64,000 nucleotides of DNA from Octopus sinensis (taxonomy: Eukaryota): NCBI RefSeq assembly GCF_006345805.1, contig NC_043008.1:17546001-17610000 (forward strand), given 5' to 3'. This document shows, piece after piece, positions 35,871 through 48,454 of the stretch. Under the pieces are notes generated by a model, which was given only the letters and a program-made list of their open reading frames with translations, was not told the DNA's origin and made no database searches. Within the stretch, counting starts at the first letter, position 1. Each line of letters begins with the position of its first letter. The position numbers were made by a program, and so were the translations under genes.

Positions 35871-37476
35871 CTTACACAAATGTTACTCTCCATGAATTAG
35901 ATCTCTTCGTTTGTATATGTACTTGTGTGAATTACTATATCTTATGCATTGATTTCGCATGCGGATAACTCCCACACGTAACTTAGCTTACGTCAGTGCT
36001 GTTTGACTTCTACCAACTGAATCTCGAGCACACCCTAAAATGGAGATATAACAATCCTGTCTCATACAGCAGCAGTAAATACGTGATCTCTACTCATATT
36101 AAGGACACTGTTGCTCAATGCCCTATCGCTACAGGGTTAAAAAACACATGCGGGTGTATTCGAGGATTTGAACTGAACATTAACCGCAGTGGCCTCCCAT
36201 AGATATATTGCCAAATCTACATTGCCAAATTTAGGATTGAGGATGAGTATTAAACCCATATTAACTACGCATACTGAATTACTCCAAGTAATGAACTGGA
36301 AATACGGAGTTCTTAGCAACACAGAGTTAGTAAAAATTTATTAGTAAACTTCATGAATAGAGTATTGATGACTTTTACTTAGTAGAAAAACACAGAAAAC
36401 TTTGTTGAAAATTCAGTAAAGTTCCCCATTTTCTAAAATGATGTAATTTTATTTAATTTACTGAAAGAGTGAAAACTTTTAAAAATCTCTGGAAAGATAG
36501 TTCGAGAAGTAAATATATAATCAAACATTTTGATACCGAAATAAATTGAATCAACACCTCCAACAGATGAAACCATTGAAACATCCACCCATTGGTGTAT
36601 GTCACATCTTCCGGCAACGACACAGCCTAAAGGAGAGCAGAAATATTTCTAAAGTTAAATATTCTTCTTACAAACTTTTGTCCATGGTGTTTGTTGTTGT
36701 GTGCGAACAACAACAATATGTTTCCATAACAAACATTGAAGAATAATGATCAATGTTGATTGAATTAAGTTTTATAAAGTCGTGCTTAAGCGTTGAACAA
36801 TTTAGTGGAGCAGATAAATTTCAAGTTGGCAGAGAACGTGAGTGGCATTCTAACAATAATAATTGAAAATATAATACACAAACAGATTGAATATATTCAT
36901 TTGTACGATTGTATGCTTTTGTGTGTATATATGTGTATATGAATGTCCATGTGTGCGGGTATGCTCGCTATTTCTCTTACTTTGTGTTAATTTTAGTTAT
37001 TTTATACATGTATTTAGTTCTTACTTAAACAAAATGTGAACATTTGTTAGCAAAGATAAATATGTATTGAACTTTTCCTTGGATACTACAGACAATTCTA
37101 CAGAAAACATTCCGTATTCATCGTTAAAAATAATATCACCCATGGCGAATGTAGAAATAATTTACATCTTTAAAGTATATTTTATTAAAGTATATCCCAT
37201 AAAATTTCCATAGACAAACTGCACTGTATATTGACCATATCCTCCGGTGACATTTACGAGAACTAATAGAATTGGGAGTTAGTAAAAAAGAAATCGATCA
37301 AATATAGTGGGTTCACTAGAGACTTGTTGGTATGCAACTATAACCAGATTCATTGTGCAATTGTAAGCTTCACTGTAGTGTCTGCTTTTATCTTTCGATT
37401 CTACAAGCCAGTTATATCAATAGCAAGAGTGAATACATTTTGTAAGTTGAAGAAACACTCATCAATATTACAGGTA

Positions 37477-37880
37477 AGCAAGGCGGTGAGCTGGAAGAAT
37501 CGTTATGACGCACAGAAAATTACTTGGCGGCATTTCGTCCAACTTATGTCCTGAGTTCAAATTCCGCCGAGGCCGACTTTGGCTTTCATCCTTTTGAAGT
37601 TGATAAAATAAGTAGCAGTTGGACATTGGGGTGGATGTAACCGACTCACCCCAGCCCCGAAATTGCTGGCTTCGTGCCAACATTTGAAAACGATTTTACA
37701 GTATGGCAAGGCGGCACGCTGGCAGAACAGTTAGCACGCCGGACAAAATGCCTAGCGGCATTTCATCTCTCGTTACGTTTTGGGTTCAAATTCCTCTATG
37801 GTCGATTTTGCCTTTCAATCATTTGGAGTCGATAAAATAAGCACCAGTTAAGCAGTGTGGTCAATTTAATCAACTTAGTA
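37477..37880 (+). mobile_element. Two tandem SINE family B copies
   Basis: Heads AAGGCGGTGAGCTGGAAGAATCGTT (37479) and AAGGCGGCACGCTGGCAGAACAGTTAGC (37708), each followed by the GATAAAATAAG..CCAGTT body. Confidence 0.78.
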
Positions 37881-37974
37881 CCTTCCCTGGTGTTTGAATG
37901 GGCGCAGATCCTCGTGAGTTAGCTCTTTCTATTCAACTGAATTTAACAGACTTGTCGGAACGTGGCGAGCTTTC

Positions 37975-38075
37975 GAGGTCAAGAACATAACGCATCCTTC
38001 GGTCCGGGAATCGAAACCACAATCTTACGATCATGAGTCCAACACCCTAACCACTAAGCCACGTGAATCCACATG
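37975..38075 (-). mobile_element. SINE head fragment (family D-like)
   Basis: Reverse complement contains CGTGGCTTAGTGGTTAGGGTGTTGGACTCATGATCGTAAGATTGTGGTTTCGATTCC. Confidence 0.7.
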
Positions 38076-38329
38076 CGCAAAACGAATGTATTGAACGGCT
38101 TACAGGCTTGGTACCTTGAGTGAAAGCGAAGAGAAGTAAAGCGTCAAAAGAGTTAATTTTTCTTCTTGACCCTCCATCGACACAAGCGACAAAATATATT
38201 TAAATTTTTATAACGATCAACCAAAGTTTTAGGAGAAAAAATATAGCTACAAATTAAAAAAATCAGTATGATAAAACAATTTCTGGATTAATTCAAGTAA
38301 CAGTTGACAGAACGAATTTAACTAAAAGT

Positions 38330-39190
38330 GTCAGACTAGACTTTTGATGGGGACGGTGAAATATTCGATGAAGGGTATATCTCTCAATACCGAAGTTCGG
38401 CACATATCATTCGAATCGTTGAACTTTAAGTACCAAAAAATTCCCAACAAAGCGTTCCTTGAGAGACCTTGTTCTGGAATCGTGATGTCGTTGATTGTGG
38501 AAACCTCACCTACAACCTCCTGACCACTTTAGCTGTCAGGCAACTGCAGGCCTGCATCCCTAGCAATTCTCAGATATTGCAGCTATTAACATATTCTATG
38601 ATCAACTTTATCATAGGTTTTCTAAATCAAGGAACACCACACATATTGTTCGATTGAGTAACTGTTTCAGCCTTACATAACAGCGACGCATATTCTTTGC
38701 TGGGAAAAATTTATGGTGGTAGTAGTGCTAACACCAAGTTAGCAAACCATTTTGAACTAAGGACGTGATTGGATTCTTGATGATAAATCGTTTGTTAATA
38801 TAAAGAGACAGAAAGATCGACCAGTCAACTTTAGCCTTTCATTTGCATTTCCTTTATGAGTAGCACAAGTCATACCGTCATTCAACTGTTTGGAGAATTA
38901 CCTCTTATGAAAAAGCACAGCTAAAGTATTCAGAGTAACATTGCCAGAACCTTCGGAGATACGCTAGGCACTTGCCGAACAACTTCTTCAAATATTGCGA
39001 CCTCTTTACCACCACTCCACCCAGATTACTAGTGGAATTTTATACTTCCCGGATTCTAGCATCATGGGTTTTATTGTACATGATATATATTTTCTACTAG
39101 AGGAATAAGGCCTGGGGCTTAATGGAATTCATCCATCGGTTATGGATGTATTTCAGATTATTTCACCTATCATCGATATTATTCCTTCTT
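38330..39190 (-). mobile_element. Decayed CR1-like LINE RT remnant
   Basis: The minus strand gives CVVFLDL..YDKVDHRI across a frameshift, followed by a degenerate G..QG segment. Many stops. Confidence 0.55.
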
Positions 39191-39208
39191 GTTCAATGTT
39201 GATGTAAT

Positions 39209-39345
39209 TCAGTGATTCTCAACTGGGGTCCATATAACTCCTGAGGGTCCATTTAAGATTTTTAGGGGGTCCACGCAACAAAAGAGTAAATTGTTGATCC
39301 GCAATAGTATTTTAAGTTCCCCTGAAGAAGTTTTGCATTTAATAT
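39209..39345 (+). mobile_element. hAT-like MITE end fragment
   Basis: Starts CAGTGATTCTCAACTGGGGTCC, resembling hAT/Charlie TIRs. The partner TIR was not found. Confidence 0.4.
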
Positions 39346-39357
39346 ATGTATTGCTAT

Positions 39358-39663
39358 GGAGGCGCAATGGCCCAATAGTTAGGGCAGCGGACACGCGGTC
39401 GGAGGATCGCGGTTTCGATTCCCAGACCGGGCGTTGTGTGTGTTTATTGAGCGAAAACACCTAAAGCTCCACAAAGATCCAGCAGGGGGTGGGGTGGTGA
39501 CCTCTGTTGTACTCTTTCGCCCCAACTTTCTCTCACTCTCTCTTCCTGTTGTCTTGAGTAACGCTGCGATAGACTGGCGTCTCGTCCAGCTGGGGGGAAC
39601 ACATACACCACAGAAACCGGGAAACCGGACCTATGAGCCTGGCTAGGCTTGAAAAGGGCGCAT
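39358..39663 (+). mobile_element. SINE family C (tail type 2)
   Basis: GGAGGCGCAATGGCCCAATAGTTAGGGCAGCGG head with B-box GGTTTCGATTCC. Tail CAGAAACCGGGAAACCGGACCTATGAGCC. Confidence 0.85.
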
Positions 39664-40220
39664 AAATAATTTAAAAAAATTGCTATGTATCGCAAGAAAG
39701 TGCTAGGTTTCTTTCTTTTATGTCATACGTTGAGCAACCTAGACAAGTTAATGTGTGAAAAACAAAATCGGAATTGTGAAAAAGTTTCTTTAACACTAGC
39801 TATCAAACATCGAATGGCTAAGGAAGTCCACCAGCAAAAAATAGTAATTAAAGGGATCCATAGATAAAAAAAAATGGTGGATGCCTCTTGAATAATTGAA
39901 TGATTGATGGCTACCACTTCCTTAAGTTTATACTACAGAGTTCCCAATAGGATGTGGCATTTTAGCCGTTTATTATGAAGTAAATTCAAGTCGACAAAAT
40001 CAAAAATATTCATGTATTGGTCTTCTGAGATTTTACAAAAACATCACAAATATTATTAAAAAAAACAAAAACATTTTTTAATTCTATCATATTTAACTCT
40101 ATCATATTAAGACCCTCTTCAAATTTACTGCCGTGTCTTTAGGTACTTGACGAAAGTTTCAGTGTATCTATAAGTACATTAAGTTACAAGATATAACCTA
40201 CAAGCACGCCATATGCTCAC

Positions 40221-40318
40221 GGGAATATAGCGTAGTGGTTAAGAGCGTGGGCTACTAACCCCAAGATTCCGAGTTTGATTCCAAGCAGAGTGACCTGAAT
40301 AATGATATTAATAATACA

Positions 40319-40364
<46 letters not shown>

Positions 40365-40547
40365 TTAATAACAACATCGAAAAATACCTTAGGAATGAGA
40401 AGCCAGGTTCGAAATTTTTTCAAGACACCTGATGAAGGCTGGAGGGTATATCAACCGAAACGTTGTGTTAACAACAAACAAGATGAGGACAAATATCCGT
40501 CAAATGTAAATAACGTACATAATTCCCCATCTCATAAATATAGAACT
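40221..40547 (+). mobile_element. SINE family E, full length: tRNA-like head + (AAT)n + hammerhead-bearing tail
   Basis: A-box TAGCGTAGTGG, anticodon-like arm GGGCTACTAACCCC, B-box-like GAGTTTGATTCC, then (AAT)n, then the hammerhead core at 40424-40469. Confidence 0.82.
40424..40469 (+). ncRNA. Minimal hammerhead ribozyme (zero-loop stem III, dimer-dependent)
   Basis: GACAC-CTGATGA-A-GGCTG(GAGGGTATAT)CAACC-GAAAC-GTT-GTGTT. Stem I ACAC/GTGT, stem II with one mismatch (CAGCC at 20390), palindromic ACGT stem III. Confidence 0.65.
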
Positions 40548-42234
40548 TTATTGACTTCACGGATGTCACAAATCTACTCTGGCATCTTTCATTCGTTCAG
40601 GAGGGGAAACTAACATTGGATGTGCGCGCGTGTCTATGTATATCGACCTGCGTGCTCACGTGTGACTGCTCACGTGTGACTCAGTGTAAGCGTGTTCGTT
40701 GTTTTTTGTGTGCACATTTTCATCGGAAATGTTTAAGTAACAAAGACCGAGGAGATGATTTCAAATTAGATATGTGCAAAAGAAAGTGCCAAAATAAAAA
40801 AAAATTAAAAATTGAAAGCAAAAAAATTATTCAAGGCGTAGAAAATAAATTAATAACGTAAACTATGTTTTGCCATCTTCTCTATTAGCTACAAAACTGC
40901 TTGTTCCCTTAATATATAAATATAAATAAATCTCAATTTAAATGCAAAGAAACTTTCAAAATGCAATTTCAATGTCCTCGCTTATTTGATTTTAGTTAGG
41001 GAAACGTGTTTGCAATGCAAAAATTCAAACAGTTTTTTTTCCTCTCATTATCAAATATCCGTATATCTACATTTCGTAGTTTCATTCAACCAAGAGAGAA
41101 TATACAAAACATTAAGGTACACTTTGCTAGATTCAATCTCTGTGTTTATCATTTGAAAATCGATGAATAATAATTGTATATTATTAATATTATATGAATC
41201 AACAGAGAATGAAAGCAGCCTCATGGGATATATATATATATATATATATAGATAGATAGATAGATAGATATACATATATATATATATATATACATACATA
41301 TATGTATATATATATATACATTTTCACACACACACACTCATATATATATACATGTGTGTGTGAGTGTGTGTGTATGTGTGTGTGTGTTTGTGTGTGCGTG
41401 TGTGTATGTGTGTGTGTGTGTGTGTGTAGAGTATATTAAAATTTGTTTGTGTTTCTCCGTGCATGCACGTTTTCATATCTTTCGAATATATATTAGTCCA
41501 AACGGAAACACATTTTTTAAAAATGTATAAATGGTTGTGAAAGCTATAGGACTGCAGATTTTTTTTTTAAGATCGCACGTATGTGTATATTAATATACTC
41601 ACCTAAATACACACACATCCATATACAAGCACAAACTGTCACACGCATGAAAACATATGCATACGCGATGTGCTTGTGAATGTTGGTATCTTGTTATTTG
41701 TCTTTGTATGTGGAGTGGGTGTGTGTTTCTGTGCGCCTGTTTCTATCTCTGTGCGCGCTGTTGATTATGCAGACACGCACACACACATACAAAGAAACCT
41801 ACACGCAAATATCCATTGATATACACACAGATACACGCGCAGACGAGAGGTGGAATTCAAGTCTTATCATGACGAACTAGGATAGCAAGCGTAACAGGTT
41901 GATCAGTTTAACACCAAAAAATGATACTTTCGTTTCCTTTAGAAGTGTTCCCTCTCTTGCAATTACTAAGGTACAGAATGCATTTTGAAATAAAATTGCT
42001 TTTTCTTTCATCATTGCCAGGCTTGGGGGTTATTTTACTGCTGAAAGGCACTAATCTTCGTCCTGACTGAAAGCTTATATTTGTATGTGGTTATATATGT
42101 TTGTCTCCAAACAGAATCCTACACTTTTTCTTATGAATTGTGAACTTTAGTGAAATTCTAGAGTCAGTCCTTCGTTCAGAAGTGGAGTTGGTTTTTATTG
42201 TCAATTAGATGTGGAAATAATTTTAAGAAATTAA

Positions 42235-42401
42235 GAGGAGTGGCTGTGTGGCAAGTAGCTGGCTTACCAACCACATGGTTTCGGTTTCATTCCCACTGCC
42301 TGGCACCTTGGGCAAGTGTCTTCTACTATAGCCTCGGGCCGACCAAAGCCTTGTGAGTGGATTTAGTAGACGGTAACTGAAAAAAGCCCGTCGTATATAT
42401 G

Positions 42402-42441
<40 letters not shown>

Positions 42442-42656
42442 AAAGACCCCCTTCGGTCATGAATGACCATGGGATTGCACCTAGAAAGTTACCCTCCTAG
42501 ACACAAGTCCGGGCAAGGTTGTTTATGGAAGACCAGCAGTCGCCCATGCATACCAGCCTCCCCTCTCCACGCCACCAGTGTTATCCAAGGGAAAGACAAA
42601 GGTCGATACAGCTTGGCACTAGTGACGTCGCAACTCATTTCTACTGCTGAGTGAAC

Positions 42657-42688
<32 letters not shown>

Positions 42689-42945
42689 TTATATATTTAT
42701 ATATATATGTGTGTGTGTGTGGATGGGTGTATTTGTGTGTGTGTGTGTATTTGTGTGTCTGTGTTTGTCTCGCTTGACGACCGATGCCGGCATGTTTACG
42801 TCTCCGTAACTTAGCGGTTCGACAAAAGAGTCCGATAGAATAAGTTTTAGGCTTACAAAGAATAAGTGCTGGTATCGATTTGCTCGACAAAAGGCGGTGC
42901 TCCAGCATGGCTGCAGTTAAATAAATGGAACAAGTAAAAAGAGTA
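42235..42945 (+). mobile_element. CORE-like SINE family A interrupted by microsatellite and a family D tail
   Basis: Head GAGGAGTGGCTGTGTGGCAAGTAGC at 42235. 3' half at about 42720-42945. Confidence 0.8.
42437..42655 (-). mobile_element. SINE family D, 5'-truncated
   Basis: Nearly identical to 43187-43405 (AAAGACCCCCTTCGGTCATGAATGACC...). Confidence 0.85.
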
Positions 42946-43183
42946 AATAACATTGCACTTTTAACCATTCTACTGAGGCTAATAATACTAAAGTGTTTAA
43001 CCAACGGAATTGCGATGACCATGTAGCAGACCCTGTCCAGAGGGACAGAAATTCACATTGGAAGCAGACAAAGAGCAAAATAATACATTCTTTCCAGACT
43101 TATCTGATCTATATACATATAAAAGAATTAAGCTTTACCCTAACCCTATTGGAAACTTGATTTAAATGGAATTATAAATACTT

Positions 43184-43527
43184 AAGGGTAAAGACCCCCT
43201 TCGGTCATGAATGACCATGGGATTGCACCTAGAAAGTTACCCTCCTAGACACAAGTCCGGGCAAGGTTGTTTATGGAAGACCAGCAGTCGCCCATGAATA
43301 CCAGCCTCCCCTCTCCACGCCACCAGTGTTATCCAAGGGAAAGACAAAGGTCGATACAGCTTGGCACCGGTGACGTCGCAACTCATTTCTACAGCTGAGT
43401 GAACTGGAGCAACGTGAAATAAAGTGCCTTGCTCAAGAACACAACACGCAGCCCGGTCCAGGATTCGAGCTCACAACCTCACGATCGTAAGCTCGACGCT
43501 CTAACCACTCAGCCATGCGCCTTCACT
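43184..43527 (-). mobile_element. SINE family D, full length, with an 11-bp TSD
   Basis: tRNA head GAAGGCGCATGGCTGAGTGGTTAGAGCG...CTCGAATCC, central GTGTTCTTGAGCAAGGCACTT domain, tail CATGACCGAAGGGGGTCTTTACCC. TTATAAATACT flanks it at 43172-43182 and 43528-43538. Confidence 0.88.
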
Positions 43528-43727
43528 TTATAAATACTACAGCATTCTTTATAAATACTACAGCATTCTTTAAGGTAGGGAAACTCACTATTTGATAAGA
43601 GTAACAATGATAAATCATTTGTTCAAAACAAAAGCAACTATGTTTCTCCCAATGACAGGAATAAAACAATTAAGGATTTTGCGAATGCAATTTGAATTTT
43701 CCGTGAATAATGCTAATATTTGTAAAC

Positions 43728-44116
43728 GTGGTAAGTAGCTTGTTTAACAAACACATGGTTCCGGGTTCAGTCCCACTGTGTGGCACCTTGGGCAAGTGTC
43801 TTCTACTATAGCATCGGGCCGGCCAACGCCATGTGATTGGATTTGGTAGACGGAAACTGAAAGAAGCTCGTCGTATATATGTATGTGTGTGTGTGTGTAT
43901 ATGTTTGTGTGTCTGTGTTTATCCACCCAACATCACTTGACAACCGATGCTGGTGTGTTCACGTCCCCGTAACTTAGCGGTTCGGCAAAAAAGACTGATA
44001 GAATAAGTACTAGGCTTACATAGAATAAGTCCTGGGGTCGATTTGCTCGACTAAAGGCGTTGCTCCAGCATGGCCACAGTCAAATGACTGAAACAAGTAA
44101 AAGAGTAAAAGAGTAA
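43728..44116 (+). mobile_element. CORE-like SINE family A
   Basis: Full head-core-(TG)n-tail structure. Confidence 0.88.
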
Positions 44117-44208
44117 GTGATTATCAAAGTTCAGCGACGCTGAATGGAAAGATATAACTCAAAGTGAAATTGAAATAACAATAGAAAAATCCATAGGAGT
44201 TCAATTAT

Positions 44209-44356
44209 ATGCTAGGGGGACAAACACAGACACACAAACATATACACACACACACATACATACATATATACGACGGGCTTCTTTCAGTTTACGTCTACCA
44301 AATCCAATCACAAGGCGTTGGCCGGCCCGAGGCAATAGTAGAAGACACTTGCCCAA
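44209..44356 (-). mobile_element. SINE family A fragment, inverted relative to 43728-44116
   Basis: Reverse complement of the GGGCAAGTGTCTTCTACT...GAAAGAAGCCCGTCG segment. Confidence 0.82.
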
Positions 44357-45005
44357 TTATATTAATGGATAGTAAATTTTTTTGTCATTATATTCATTGT
44401 AGTAGAGGATATATTCTTCGAAACATTAACATCTACAACCAAGATGTGTATGATAGAAATTGCCAACCTAATATAAACTGAATCCAGTTCTATGAACACT
44501 GGCATAATATCTGAGAAAGCGTGGTACTACAGGAGTTCAGATTCAATAATAAATATTGGTTAAGCATTCAAATGCACTCGGGATACCAAATGCAGAATTC
44601 CAAGCGACCGTAATGGCAAAACGAACTTAAGGACAACTCAATATAAACTTGTGTTGAACTTAATTTCTTCCACATTTGCCCTTTGTTTTATAAACAGCAT
44701 TTTAGTTACTTAACCTCTAAACTGATCTATAAGAATCTATTCTGAGCTCTACATATGATAGTAGCAATCGCACATCGATTTGCACTCACGAGATAGTATG
44801 ATAATCTAATAATCTGTGTATGTGTGCGTACGTGTTCATATATATACATACATACATATATATATATATGAACACGTACGCACACACCCACAGATAGTGA
44901 TAGATTAGTAAAGCAAGAGGTCGATTCTTTGATCGATCGATGCATAGAAACATTGATTCATATGTATACATATAGATGAATATATATATATACATATATA
45001 TTAAA

Positions 45006-45042
<37 letters not shown>

Positions 45043-45257
45043 ATATATATATATATATAACATAGGTACATATATAATCAGACACTTGCATATATATATG
45101 TGTTCGTATATATATGTGTGTGTGTGTGAGTCTGTATGTATATATATACAAATGCATATATATACACATACACACATATATATATGTATATATACATAGG
45201 TATCTATATATATGAATAATATATATATATCGATAGATATATACATATGCATATGTA

Positions 45258-45298
<41 letters not shown>

Positions 45299-46583
45299 TA
45301 TATATATATAGTGATAGATAGATATTGATAGATATGTATCGACTCTAATATCAGAAACGGAAGTGTAAATGTCAATGGTGTGAATTTGGAAGCAAGATAT
45401 TGTTTCTGTTGACGTTTAGATTTTTATCTAAGTTCGTTGATATTACATTGTGTTGTATTGATTATAGTAAAAAATACATGTGTTCGTACTCTATACAACA
45501 TAATTCATGCCGAGAATTTTACAGTTTCTAACAATATCTTCGTGTAAATTCAAAGTTCACTTGTTTTTGTAGTAAAATCATGAGAGATTATTTCGCTCCT
45601 ATGGAGCACATTAAATAGAATAATCGAATTACTTGACCATTTATTGTAATGAATTCATTTCCTATTTAAACTTTACACTTCTGTCTATATTTTTAAGCTA
45701 CACCTACATATCTGTATATTCATTGTTCTATTGATTGTCAGGTTATTTACAATATATTAAATAAGTTTCATGTCAAATTATCTCCACGTGAAGATTTTTA
45801 ACAGCTTTTTGTAAATAATTTCACCGGAACTTAGTAACTTTTGGAAGGATTGAGTAATGTTATTCTCAAAGTGGAGACGTAGCGTGAATTCTTGCAACGG
45901 AAAGTTTTTCCGCGAAATGCGCTATCCGACCGATAGATTAATTTCGTAGCCTACTTAAACAGGAATAAACATACACCTTCCCCGATAATCTCTTACTTGG
46001 TTTAAGTCTACCGCTTGTAAGTTACGCCATCGAAATCGGGATTAAATTTTAAGAGTAGGTAATTGTGAAGCACTAAATAGCAGAAGCTAGCATTTCAGGA
46101 AATTTTCTCTAAAATAAGCAGAAGGCTAGCAGCTTTGAGGGCAAGGGGTTTCGTAGATTACAACGACTCAGTAACAATTTTATCGGTCCCAAAAGAATGA
46201 AAGGCAAATTTGAAATCAACAATATTTGAACTCAGAACATAAAGAGCTAGAACAAATGTCGCAAAGCATTTTTTACGATGCTCTACTGAGTCTACCAGCC
46301 CCGCCACTTTGCATTCATCTTAAGTAATGATTTCAAATTGGTTTCCGATGTTTTGTATTTTACGCACAAGCCAGCAATTTTGAGGGTAGGCATTGTTATC
46401 AATATCACCAACGCTAGTGGTCGACTGCTACATTAGCGTGTTGATTCTGAAAGGATGAAAATCAAAGTCGACTTGGGCGTGATTTAAACTCTAAAGTTTA
46501 ACAGACGGAACAAGTTTCCAAAACATTATCCCCGGCACCCCACCGATTCTACGACACGACGCTATTTTTTAAAACAATGTAAG

Positions 46584-46922
46584 CCATATTTGGCTAACCC
46601 AAAAGGGTGGATCCTATTTGTGAAGGGGAGTCATCCTCCCCGTCTTCAACACATGATACACACGTATATGGAAAAAGTATATGTATTTGTGAAGGAATCT
46701 GACTTCTCGTCGACAACCATGATTGTCACACGCTGATGAAAGGTAAACACCTTGAAACTCGGGTACGTGTGTATCATGTGTTGAAGACGGGGAGGATGAC
46801 TCCCCTTCACAAATACTGACAGGACACAGATAGTGTGTCTATAGCCAGCGGGAGAAGGTGTCTTCCTGGGGCTACAAACTACAGTAGCATCCACCCTTTT
46901 GGGTTAGCCATATTCAAATGGC
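46584..46922 (+). mobile_element. Penelope-like pLTR fragment with an inverted partial copy
   Basis: 46616-46666 is the reverse complement of 46764-46814, and 46591-46612 of 46889-46910. A hammerhead lies between them. Confidence 0.72.
46727..46771 (+). ncRNA. Minimal type I hammerhead ribozyme
   Basis: CACACG-CTGATGA-AAGGT(AAAC)ACCTT-GAAAC-TCGG-GTA-CGTGTG. Perfect 6-bp stem I, 5-bp stem II, AC/GT stem III, GUA triplet. Predicted cleavage after 46765. Confidence 0.85.
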
Positions 46923-46939
46923 ATATATGCATCACGTTA

Positions 46940-46943
46940 TGTA

Positions 46944-46996
<53 letters not shown>

Positions 46997-47006
46997 ATAT
47001 ATATAT

Positions 47007-47105
<99 letters not shown>

Positions 47106-47134
47106 ATATATATATATATATATGTATATATTAT

Positions 47135-47229
<95 letters not shown>

Positions 47230-47262
47230 ATATATGTATGTATGTATATATATATATATACA
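46940..47262. repeat. (TA)n microsatellite
   Basis: Directly visible. Confidence 0.97.
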
Positions 47263-47269
47263 TTACAGA

Positions 47270-47560
47270 TATAGGGTGGAATATAATTAATTTAATAAAA
47301 TCAACAAATTACACCTAGTAGTATTTCGGTATGGAAAAGGACCATATTTGGTAAAAACTTATATAATTATAACAATAAGGGTTTTTGCAACAAGTTGCTT
47401 AAACACATACCGAAAATTTTAGAAATAGCAGTTACAAATATTGTTGTCTGTGGAGACATATTTTTGTAGTGAAAGGAAATAGTATTCCTTTGGCTGCTAT
47501 TTCTAAAATTCTCGGTATGTGGTTAAGCAACTTGTTGCAAAATCCCTTATTGTTATATAC
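47270..47560 (-). mobile_element. Fragment homologous to the 586-bp hammerhead repeat, with a 63-bp inverted repeat
   Basis: 47368-47430 is the reverse complement of 47494-47557. CTGCTATTTCTAAAATTCTCGGTATGTGGTTAAGCAAC resembles 31530-31570 (CTGCTATTTCTAAATTCGGTGTGTGGTAAGGCAAT). Confidence 0.65.
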
Positions 47561-48417
47561 ATAATATATATATATATATATATATAATAATATATATGAT
47601 GGAGCAGATAAAATCCAGGCTACATATGATTCATAGCTAGTGGAACCTCGGAAGTAATAAGTAATCCAAACTAGGAGTAGTCCGCAAATTTGCATATGTA
47701 ATAGCCCTTTTGTAGGGCAAAGTTTGTTTTCTCTATGTAGGGCCTTGTGGCCAATAATTATCATGAATCTCAAGCTTTTTCTTTTAAACCGATAATTTTA
47801 AAAATATAATCCAAATCCAGAAAACCCATCAAGCCTTACTCTGTTTTATCATAATTCAATGATTTTTTTTCTTTATATTTCTTTTCGCTTTTTCAAACAA
47901 TAACGAAAGTAAAACAATTTGTAGTTCCTGAGTATATTTAAACACATTTTTATCATTTCTTTCTATGTCTTTTTTGCGTTCGTTCTTGTTTTATCTTTTT
48001 TCTTTCTTTCTCTTTTTCTCTTTCTATTATTTTCGTATGCCAAATCTCTCAGTCGCCTTTTTTTCTTCCGGCTTTTTAATAATTTTTATTCGTTTCTTTC
48101 TTTTATCCTTTTCTTTTCCTCCGTTCATTTGTTTTTGTTTTTTTTTGTTTACTTTCATTCTTTCATTCATTCTTTCAATCTCTTGTTTCTTACTTTCCAC
48201 TCTCGTATTCTATTTAAGAGAGATATGAAGAAGTTTTGATCAACCGCTAATAAGCCTGTAATAACTATTTACAACTCATATCACCTGCTAGAGCTTTAAT
48301 GAATTAGGTTAACTTTAAATGTTCATCAGGAGAGAAAAGTGAGTAAAATATGTATGGATGTGTGAACACAAGTATGTCTGTATGTATGTACGTGTCCTTA
48401 TATTGGATGTGTGTATA

Positions 48418-48454
<37 letters not shown>

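Noticed and set aside
40221-40290. tRNA gene (and similar heads at 43460-43527 and 39358-39430)
   Set aside because: No complete acceptor stem and each continues into a repeat body. These are SINE heads, not tRNA genes.
40640-40690. Duplicated CTCACGTGTGACT (E-box plus AP-1-like sites)
   Set aside because: Short motifs in a CA/TG-rich context with no linked gene or TSS evidence.
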